Translations under genes and position numbers: made by a program | Assembly: GCF_000195975.1 (NCBI RefSeq) | Contig: NC_005070.1 | Coordinates: forward strand, 1,170,001 to 1,202,000 | Direction of reading: 5' to 3' | Origin: Parasynechococcus marenigrum WH 8102 | GTDB taxonomy: Bacteria > Cyanobacteriota > Cyanobacteriia > PCC-6307 > Cyanobiaceae | Length of the DNA: 32,000 nucleotides | Shown here: in pieces, positions 25,302-32,000 of the stretch | Position numbering within the stretch: position 1 is the stretch's first letter | How the letters are laid out: every line of letters begins with the position of its first letter | Notes under the pieces: generated by a model | Told to the model about the DNA's origin: nothing | Databases searched by the model: none | Seen by the model: the letters and a program-made list of their open reading frames with translations, nothing else

Positions 25302-27206
25302 TTAGGCGCGTAATCCAAGGGCCAGGGCGGCTTCCTCCAAAAGGGTCTGGATCCTCGAGTGGCTTGCACGTTGGTCTTTGCAACTCACCGTCTGATCTTT
25401 AGTGATTGATGCATCAAGGTGATCTCCACCGGCGTTGGTCAACCCAAAGGTGACTGCGTTGTCATCACCCAATTTCCTGCTTGCCAGATAGCTCCGTTCG
25501 CCGCAGCTCAGCCTCACGGTGTCCGTGTGCTCCCGAATGGACTTGAGTTCGAGTTGGAGCCGGCGCTCCCCCCGCCAGACGTTCAGTTTCAGTTCGTAAG
25601 CAACATCGACCCGCTCCGGCATCGGAGTCAGGGGGGAGCATCGCCATGCCACTGCTCGCCGTTGGTGTGTCCCCTGCTGCAGGGTCACCGCCAAGTGCCC
25701 ACCGTTCAGGGTTCGCCAGTCCGCCACCTGGCATCCCCGGGACCAGAACAGGGGTGCTGGATGCCCCACACCATGGGGGGTCAAGGTTTCGAGGGCAGCC
25801 CAGAGATCCCAGTTGATTTCGTTCAGCTTCAAACAAGCCTCAGGGCGAACCGGTCGTCCTGCCCCCTCCTGATCCAGCCACGGTTGGGTGAGCTGATTCA
25901 GGCGGTCATGCAAGGCGTGCACTTGGCTGGCCTTCACCGTGAATCCACCCGCAGCCGGGTGGCCTCCGAACCGCTCCAGCAGATCCGCACAGGTTGTTAG
26001 CGCCTTGTCAACGGCGAAACCCTGGGGCGCCCGTGCTGAGGCTCTCAACAGACCTTCACCATCCCCGGCCAGCAGCGCCACAGGGCGGTGGTAACGCTCC
26101 ATCAGTCGTGCGGCGACAATGCCGATCACCCCGTGATGCCAGTGGCTCTGGGCCAACAGTAGAAACGGTGGAATCAGCCCCTCAGCATCCGATTCCACCA
26201 GGGCAGTGGCTTCCGCTTCGATGGCATCGCAGAGATCCCGTCGCTGACGATTGAGATCGTCACAGCGGCGCGCCAAAGCCATGGTTTTGCCCGGATCTGA
26301 TTCGGTGAGCAGGTCCACCACCAGCACGGGATCACCGAGTCGTCCGACCGCATTGATCCTCGGGGCGAGTTGAAAACCGATGTCTTCGGCGGTTAAGGGC
26401 GTCTCGCCCAGTCCCGCCAGACGCTGCAGTGCCACGACCCCTTCACAACGGCTGCGGTGCAGGGTTGTCAGTCCTTCCAGCAACCAACGTCGGTTGGCTC
26501 CGGTCAGCGGTGCCATGTCGGCCACGGTGCCGATGCAGAACAGGTCGCGGGCCACCTGAATCGCATCCATTCGCCCCAGCCGTTCGGCAACGCTGCTGGC
26601 GAGCACGTAGGCCAGCCCCACACCGGCAAGACCTCTGTAGGGAGATGCTTCCGGGGTGGTGGCTGGATGCAGCAGTGCGGTCATCCATGGACGCGGTTCT
26701 GGAATGGAGTGGTGATCGGTCACGATCACGTCCATCGACAGCGTTCTGGCCCGTTGGAGGGCCTCCACCGCCGCCACTCCGTTGTCCACGGTGACCAGCA
26801 GTCGGATGCCTTGGCCATGCAGGCGATCGACCATCGCTGGATTGAGGCCATAGCCCTCCTCCATCCGGGAAGGGATCGCCGGCTCCGCCTTGGCGCCGAG
26901 TGGTATCAAGGCTCTCAACAGAAGAGCTGTGCTGGTCATGCCATCGGCGTCGTAATCGCCGCAGACCGCGAGAGCTTCTCCCTGTTCACAGGCGCGGCAG
27001 ATGCGTTCAACCGCTGCTTCCAGATCTGGGAAGTGTCCGCAAGCGTCGGGCAACTCCTGTGGTGTGATCAGTTCAGCGACATCCTCTTCGCTCAATCCCC
27101 GACGAAGCAGCAGGGTCCTCAGGGCCAGTGGTAACGGCAGTTGAGGCAGCGGACTGGCATCCACAACAGCCGGAAGCACCCAGGTATGCGGTGAGGTGGC
27201 ACTCAT
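25302..27206 (-). CDS. recJ: Single-stranded-DNA-specific exonuclease RecJ
   Basis: DHH-family motifs VCGDYDADGMTS, VDNG and VTDHH. 634 aa. Confidence 0.92.
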   Translation of the reverse strand: MSATSPHTWVLPAVVDASPLPQLPLPLALRTLLLRRGLSEEDVAELITPQELPDACGHFPDLEAAVERICRACEQGEALAVCGDYDADGMTSTALLLRALIPLGAKAEPAIPSRMEEGYGLNPAMVDRLHGQGIRLLVTVDNGVAAVEALQRARTLSMDVIVTDHHSIPEPRPWMTALLHPATTPEASPYRGLAGVGLAYVLASSVAERLGRMDAIQVARDLFCIGTVADMAPLTGANRRWLLEGLTTLHRSRCEGVVALQRLAGLGETPLTAEDIGFQLAPRINAVGRLGDPVLVVDLLTESDPGKTMALARRCDDLNRQRRDLCDAIEAEATALVESDAEGLIPPFLLLAQSHWHHGVIGIVAARLMERYHRPVALLAGDGEGLLRASARAPQGFAVDKALTTCADLLERFGGHPAAGGFTVKASQVHALHDRLNQLTQPWLDQEGAGRPVRPEACLKLNEINWDLWAALETLTPHGVGHPAPLFWSRGCQVADWRTLNGGHLAVTLQQGTHQRRAVAWRCSPLTPMPERVDVAYELKLNVWRGERRLQLELKSIREHTDTVRLSCGERSYLASRKLGDDNAVTFGLTNAGGDHLDASITKDQTVSCKDQRASHSRIQTLLEEAALALGLRA

Positions 27207-27239
27207 GAATCAGCATTGTGCCCGTTCCTGACGGTGGCG

Positions 27240-27992
27240 ATGACCTGGTTGAAGGGGGTGTTCTGGGATGTGGATGGGACCCTGGCTAACACGGAGATGG
27301 AGGGACATCGCCCCGCCTTCAACCGTGCCTTTGCCGACCTGGGTCTTGCGATCAACTGGGAGCCGGAGTTGTACGCCGATTTGCTGTCCATTCCCGGTGG
27401 GATGAGGAGGGTGCAGTGGTACGCCAGCAGCAGGGGCATCAGCCTCACCGAGGCTCAGCTCAACGCGATCCGCGACCGCAAACGTGTTCACTACACGGCA
27501 CTGGCGAGATCAGGTGCTGTGTCGCTTCGGCCAGGGGTCCATCGACTTCTCAAGCAGTTCAAGAAGGCCGGGATCCGTCAATGGATCGTGACCTCAAGTG
27601 GCTCGGCTTCCGTTGATGCGTTGCTGGACAGCACTCCGGATCTCAGGACGATGTTCCAGGGCGTCGTCACTTCAGACGACGTGGAGGAAGGGAAACCTTC
27701 ACCACAGGGGTATCGCTGTGCATTGGATCGCTCGTGCCTTTCGGTGGATCGGGCGATCGCGATCGAAGATTCAGAAGCCGGACTGGGGGCCGCGCTGGCA
27801 GCAGGCCTTCCCTGTCTGCTGACCCCTTCACCCTGGGACCATGGTCTGAAGGAGCGTTTCAGCGAGGCCATCGCTGTCTTTGATCATCTCGGCGAGGCGG
27901 GTGATGCTGCACCACAGTTCAGCGGCCCCCCTTGCCGCGACGGGATGGTGACGTTGGAGTACATGCAGACCCTTGGACCGACATCGGGATGA
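27240..27992 (+). CDS. cbbY: HAD-superfamily phosphatase, CbbY-like
   Basis: FWDVDGTLANTEMEGHRPAFNRAFADLGL (HAD motif I plus CbbY-like context) and a later IEDSEAGL motif. ATG at 27240 (the track start at 27216 is TTG). Confidence 0.78.
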   Translation: MTWLKGVFWDVDGTLANTEMEGHRPAFNRAFADLGLAINWEPELYADLLSIPGGMRRVQWYASSRGISLTEAQLNAIRDRKRVHYTALARSGAVSLRPGVHRLLKQFKKAGIRQWIVTSSGSASVDALLDSTPDLRTMFQGVVTSDDVEEGKPSPQGYRCALDRSCLSVDRAIAIEDSEAGLGAALAAGLPCLLTPSPWDHGLKERFSEAIAVFDHLGEAGDAAPQFSGPPCRDGMVTLEYMQTLGPTSG

Positions 27993-28327
27993 GCTCCCTG
28001 CAGCAGACCCGGCTCTCCCGGATGCAGACCCGCTTCGGACGCAGCCTTGAGGAGGGTTTTGCCGGTCCGTGGTGGCGCCGCAGTCTGCTGATCATCAGCT
28101 TGCTGGGGGGGTTTCTGGTTGGCAGCAGCCTGACGGAGCATCTGGCGAATGCCGTTGGTTCCCGCACGATTTCAGCGCTTACAACGTTGATCGCCTGTGA
28201 ATTGCTGGTGCTGCTGCGTCGACGGGTTGTGACGTCACCCATGGCGTTCCGATGGCGTCTGTTGGACCACCTGCGCATCGGGTTTGTCTACGCCGTTGTT
28301 CTGGAGGCGTTCAAGGTTGGATCCTGA
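27989..28327 (+). CDS. Ycf20-like (DUF565) small membrane protein
   Basis: The ATG at 27989 overlaps the cbbY-like stop (ATGA). It has a WWRRSLLIISLLGGFLVGSSL helix and a second helix, typical of DUF565. Confidence 0.65.
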   Translation: MSSLQQTRLSRMQTRFGRSLEEGFAGPWWRRSLLIISLLGGFLVGSSLTEHLANAVGSRTISALTTLIACELLVLLRRRVVTSPMAFRWRLLDHLRIGFVYAVVLEAFKVGS

Positions 28328-28394
28328 CGGGCAACGCGATCTTCCAGTCGTCGATCAGCAGCGTCTGCTGCACCACCTCGGTGTGGCCGACCCC

Positions 28395-29303
28395 ATGGCC
28401 TGGGAGCAGCAGTGTCGAAGCAGCGGGCTGTTTGAGACCACGTTGGATCTCTGGCCAGCCAGTGCCTCTCCCGATTGGCTCTGGTGCCTTGGATTGCCTC
28501 TTCTTACAGAAGCTGCGAGGGATCAAACCCAGCGACATCTGATCGGGTTGAGCGCCCTCCCGGGATGTGGCAAAACCACCCTCGGCCACTGGCTTGAACG
28601 TGCCGCCCAGCAGCTTGGTCTCCCCCTTCAGGTGGTTTCGATCGATGACTTTTACTTCGATGCGGAGCGGCTGGATCAGGCGATGCGCGGCAACCCCTGG
28701 GGTGTGCCCCGTGCTCTACCTGGCAGTCATGACCTCCCCCTGCTGTGCCAGACCCTGAGCCGCTGGAAACGTGGCGAGCATGTGGATTTGCCGCAATTCG
28801 ACAAATCCCTGCGACAAGGTCGCGGGGATCGCTGCGGCTGGCGCAGCTGTTCAGCGCAGATTCTGGTGTTGGAAGGTTGGTTTGTGGGTTGCCAACCGTT
28901 GCTGCCAGGCGAGTCGATTGAGCATGGCTGTGAGCATCTATCCCCGCCGATTCGTCCAGACGAGCTGGCCTCACGGGAAGCCGTGCAGGAGGTGCTCGGC
29001 ACCTATCGCCCGATTTGGGCTCTACTAGATCGCCTTTGGCAGATCAAGGCCCAGGACATTCGTTCCCCCCAGATCTGGAAGCAACAGCAGGAAGATCAGA
29101 TGCTGCGGGAGCAAGGCGTTGCTCTCGACAACAAGAGTCTCCTGGGCTTCATCCGCATGATCCTTACGGCAATTCCGCCGCAGAGTTTTGATCGGATTGA
29201 CGCTGATGTGCGCGTGGACGTCGATCCGGAGCGTCGGCTTCGCCAACTCCGGATCCGTCGTCAATCTCAGGACTCCTCGTCGTCGGCTTCACGCACGGGG
29301 TAG
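28395..29303 (+). CDS. D-glycerate 3-kinase (plant/cyanobacterial GLYK type, P-loop kinase)
   Basis: [18 protein letters not shown]-loop and VVSIDDFY, as in GLYK. The start is uncertain: track TTG 28284, GTG 28383 or ATG 28395. Confidence 0.78.
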   Translation: MAWEQQCRSSGLFETTLDLWPASASPDWLWCLGLPLLTEAARDQTQRHLIGLSALPGCGKTTLGHWLERAAQQLGLPLQVVSIDDFYFDAERLDQAMRGNPWGVPRALPGSHDLPLLCQTLSRWKRGEHVDLPQFDKSLRQGRGDRCGWRSCSAQILVLEGWFVGCQPLLPGESIEHGCEHLSPPIRPDELASREAVQEVLGTYRPIWALLDRLWQIKAQDIRSPQIWKQQQEDQMLREQGVALDNKSLLGFIRMILTAIPPQSFDRIDADVRVDVDPERRLRQLRIRRQSQDSSSSASRTG

Positions 29304-29443
29304 ACGAAGCCCTGGGCGCGTCCACTGAGAACAGATTTACCGATGGACATCGCTCGCTGAGCAGCCACGGCAGCCTTGCCTTTCCATGTGGCACTGCGCT
29401 GGTTGCGCTTGGCCTTTGAGGTTTTCTTCTTCGGGACGGCCAT
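29267..29443 (-). CDS. rpmF: 50S ribosomal protein L32
   Basis: Manual translation gives [58 protein letters not shown] (58 aa), with the canonical L32 N-terminus. It is below the ORF-track cutoff. Confidence 0.9.
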   Translation of the reverse strand: MAVPKKKTSKAKRNQRSATWKGKAAVAAQRAMSIGKSVLSGRAQGFVYPVREADDEES

Positions 29444-29529
29444 TGCGCCTGGTCAACTCCAAACGGGAATTGTCCGTTGTCAGGACGCCTTGCGTCAAAT
29501 CGCTAAGGTCAAGGCAATTCAATGTTGTT

Positions 29530-31317
29530 GTGACTTCAGGATCGGAAGGGTCGGAGAAAACGTTGTCTCCTCAATCGTTAACGAGCTTGTTCGGAGAGAA
29601 ACCGAAGTCCGTCAGTTACTCGAGCTTGCTGGAACAGATCCGCAACGGTGATGTCAGCACGCTTGAACTGGTTCCAGCACGCCGCGAAGTGCGGGTGACC
29701 TACCCCGATGGAACTAAATCCACCGTCAGCATTTTTGTTAACGATCAGCAGATCCTCAGGGCCGCCGAGGCTTCGGCCACACCTCTCACGGTGCGAGACA
29801 TCCGCGGTGAACAGGCCATGGCCGGTCTGCTGGGGAACCTTGGACTCGTCCTGCTCCTGGTGGTAGGGCTGTCGTTCCTGTTGCGTCGATCCGCCCAGAT
29901 GGCCAACCGTGCCCTTGGTTTCGGCCGCAGTCAGCCACGGCTGAAGCCACAGGAGGATCTTCAGGTGCGCTTTGAGGACGTTGCCGGCATCAACGACGCC
30001 AAGGAGGAGCTCGAGGAGGTGGTCACCTTCCTTAAGCAGCCGGAATCGTTCACCGGTCTTGGCGCCAAGATTCCCCGTGGCGTGCTGCTCGTGGGTCCCC
30101 CTGGCACTGGAAAAACACTCCTGGCCCGTGCCATCGCCGGTGAAGCGGAGGTGCCGTTCTTTTCGATGGCCGCCTCCGAATTCGTTGAGTTGTTTGTCGG
30201 GGTCGGGGCCAGTCGGGTCCGTGATCTGTTCCGTCAGGCGAAGGAGAAGTCCCCATGCATCGTGTTCATCGATGAGATTGACGCCGTCGGTCGTCAGCGC
30301 GGTGCCGGAATCGGTGGAGGGAATGACGAGCGGGAGCAGACCCTGAACCAGCTGCTCACGGAAATGGATGGTTTTGCCGACAATTCTGGGGTGATTCTGC
30401 TGGCAGCCACCAACCGAGCTGATGTGTTGGATGCAGCCCTCACCCGTCCAGGACGCTTTGATCGGCGCATCGACGTGTCTCTGCCGGATCGCCGCGGCCG
30501 TGAGGAGATTCTTGGCGTTCATGCGCGAACGCGACCTCTGGATCCCGAGATCGATCTGACGGCATGGGCTCGCCGAACACCGGGTTTCTCCGGTGCTGAG
30601 CTGGCCAACCTGATCAACGAGGCAGCCATCCTCACGGCCCGTGAACAGCAACCCTTCATCAGCGATCGCCAGCTGGAAGGGGCCTTGGAACGCATCACCA
30701 TGGGCCTCAGTGCCAAGCCCCTTCAGGACAGTGCCAAAAAACGACTGATCGCTTATCACGAAGTCGGTCATGCCCTCGTGGCAGCCCTGCTGCCGGCTGC
30801 CAACAAATTGGACAAGGTCACGATTCTTCCCAGGGGAGCGGCAGGTGGTTACACCCGTTTCATGCCAGATGAGGAGAAGCTGGACTCGGGCCTGATCACC
30901 CGAGCGTCCTGTCTGGCCGACCTCGTGGTTTCTCTCGGCGGCCGTGCTGCGGAGCTGGTGGTCTTCGGACCACTGGAGATCACCCAAGGAGCCAGTGGTG
31001 ATCTGCAGATGGTGTCCCAGTTGGCCAGGGAGATGGTCACACGGTTCGGATTTTCGTCTCTGGGCCCTGTTGCCCTGGAAGGTCCCGGCACCGAGGTGTT
31101 CCTGGGGCGTGACTGGTTCAGCCAGCGCCCCGGTTATGCCGAAAGTACCGGTCAGGCCATTGACACCCGTGTGCGGGATCTTGCCAAGCAATCCCTGGAC
31201 CAGGCTGTGGCCCTGCTGGAATCACGACGCGACGTGATGGATCGCCTCGTCGATGCCCTGATGGAGGAAGAGACGCTCCACCACGATCGCTTCATGGAGC
31301 TCGCCGGACTGGGATGA
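29530..31317 (+). CDS. ftsH: ATP-dependent zinc metalloprotease FtsH paralogue (start uncertain)
   Basis: Walker [14 protein letters not shown], Walker [32 protein letters not shown] and zinc site HEVGHAL. The ATG at 29386 would run antisense through rpmF and encodes a non-protein-like peptide. In-frame GTG 29530 or TTG 29563/29587 are the alternatives. Confidence 0.88.
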   Translation: MTSGSEGSEKTLSPQSLTSLFGEKPKSVSYSSLLEQIRNGDVSTLELVPARREVRVTYPDGTKSTVSIFVNDQQILRAAEASATPLTVRDIRGEQAMAGLLGNLGLVLLLVVGLSFLLRRSAQMANRALGFGRSQPRLKPQEDLQVRFEDVAGINDAKEELEEVVTFLKQPESFTGLGAKIPRGVLLVGPPGTGKTLLARAIAGEAEVPFFSMAASEFVELFVGVGASRVRDLFRQAKEKSPCIVFIDEIDAVGRQRGAGIGGGNDEREQTLNQLLTEMDGFADNSGVILLAATNRADVLDAALTRPGRFDRRIDVSLPDRRGREEILGVHARTRPLDPEIDLTAWARRTPGFSGAELANLINEAAILTAREQQPFISDRQLEGALERITMGLSAKPLQDSAKKRLIAYHEVGHALVAALLPAANKLDKVTILPRGAAGGYTRFMPDEEKLDSGLITRASCLADLVVSLGGRAAELVVFGPLEITQGASGDLQMVSQLAREMVTRFGFSSLGPVALEGPGTEVFLGRDWFSQRPGYAESTGQAIDTRVRDLAKQSLDQAVALLESRRDVMDRLVDALMEEETLHHDRFMELAGLG

Positions 31318-32000
31318 GGATCCTCCTGCTGCTGCTTCCGCTTGTTGTTCTGGCGGCCCGCATGCAGGTCGAATGGTCCTGGTTCCAGCAGTTTCAGCTG
31401 GAAGGTGTTCTTCTGGAGCGCTGGCTGCTGCAGCTGGCCAGCGCTGTTGTCGCGTTACTCCCCATCGGTCTGGCCATCCGATGGAGTCGCTCGCTTGATC
31501 CATCTCCGGAAACCGCTTCAACAGTGCGGCTGGAGGGTTGGCGCTATTCCCTGACGCTGTTGCTGGCGATCGCCCTGCAATTGGTGAGCCTTGCCGTGAT
31601 CAATGGTCTGATCCTGCAGGCCATCGATGACTCGATGAACCTGGCCAGTGGCTGGCAGGTGTCGATTCACCAATCTCAGCTGCCAGTGCTGACGCTGATC
31701 AGTCTGGTGGCCGTGATGCAGCCCCGTCTCAGGCGTTTGCTTCCCTGGTTTGTCTCAACGGCAGTGGTGCTGATTGCGGCCAGAGCCTGGGGGGTCTGGG
31801 CCCTTGCCTGGTCAATCCCCCTGTCTGGGCTGCAGGAGCCATTCCTGAAGGCGGATGTCAGCTTTGCGCTGGGCCGCTTCGCAGCGCTTCAGCTATTGAT
31901 CGCGCTGTTGAGTTCCGGTGCTCTGTTTTGTCTGGGCAATGGCCTGCAGACTCTGTTGACCCGTCCGCCAGCTCTGAGTGATTGGAGTTGCGCGGTTCCC
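31314..32000 (+). CDS. Large polytopic membrane protein, N-terminal part (probably UPF0182 family; continues beyond the window)
   Basis: The ATG at 31314 overlaps the ftsH stop (ATGA). The frame is open to the window end. [32 protein letters not shown] is followed by several TM helices. The family call is from memory of UPF0182 N-termini. Confidence 0.55.
   Translation, partial: MRILLLLLPLVVLAARMQVEWSWFQQFQLEGVLLERWLLQLASAVVALLPIGLAIRWSRSLDPSPETASTVRLEGWRYSLTLLLAIALQLVSLAVINGLILQAIDDSMNLASGWQVSIHQSQLPVLTLISLVAVMQPRLRRLLPWFVSTAVVLIAARAWGVWALAWSIPLSGLQEPFLKADVSFALGRFAALQLLIALLSSGALFCLGNGLQTLLTRPPALSDWSCAVP

Noticed and set aside
29386-29529. ATG at 29386 as the ftsH start (643-aa model)
   Set aside because: It would overlap rpmF antisense by 58 nt. 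It encodes a Cys/Trp/Arg-rich peptide with no TM helix and no resemblance to FtsH N-termini.
29578-31191. 537-aa ORF antisense to ftsH. Similar long antisense or alternative-frame ORFs: 13284-13931, 20968-21759, 22813-23391, 23592-24410, 26457-27134, 15679-16257 and 11938-12453
   Set aside because: These are typical high-GC shadow ORFs opposite or overlapping genes with unambiguous family motifs. Their translations are Arg/Gly/Pro/Ala-rich and low in complexity.
1-32000. Searched for tRNA, tmRNA, rRNA or a CRISPR array, especially at the island ends (1703-1900, 2460-2810, 10653-10911, 12268-12412)
   Set aside because: No T-arm-like GGTTCGAATCC-type sequence with a matching acceptor stem was found on either strand. 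There are no regularly spaced 25-40 bp repeats and no rRNA-like stretches. The scan was by eye only, so tRNAscan-SE or ARAGORN should confirm it.

Overview
The window looks like a high-GC marine picocyanobacterial chromosome (Synechococcus-like). This rests on gene content: acsF, psb30/ycf12, a ycf20-like gene, a CbbY-like HAD phosphatase, D-glycerate 3-kinase, a TerC protein and a split GDT1 pair. A roughly 10.6 kb compositionally foreign island (about 1703-12350) interrupts the core. The left flank is the 5' part of mfd plus a small zinc-ribbon gene. The right flank (12413-32000) is densely packed housekeeping genes, mostly on the minus strand with overlapping or 2-3 nt stop/start junctions. 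The main feature is a repeat-bounded, about 9.7 kb integrative and probably self-replicating element (2611-12304). It carries a tyrosine integrase, an excisionase-like HTH, an AEP primase-polymerase, a RecA-fold (AAA_25/RepA-like) helicase and iteron-like 9-mers just 3' of the helicase gene. It also carries a small HTH protein and unknown cargo, including a nested AT-rich block with an HExxH zincin and small secreted proteins. An 8-mer (GTGCGCAA/TTGCGCAC) occurs only in intergenic positions of this element, mostly as 11-12 bp-phased pairs, and marks both ends. No tRNA, tmRNA, rRNA or CRISPR array was seen, so the element does not appear to use a tRNA attachment site within this window. Three genes are missing or mis-started in the ORF track: psb30, rpmF and mfd, which runs off the window. 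All family assignments come from motif recognition by eye and need HMM or BLAST confirmation.
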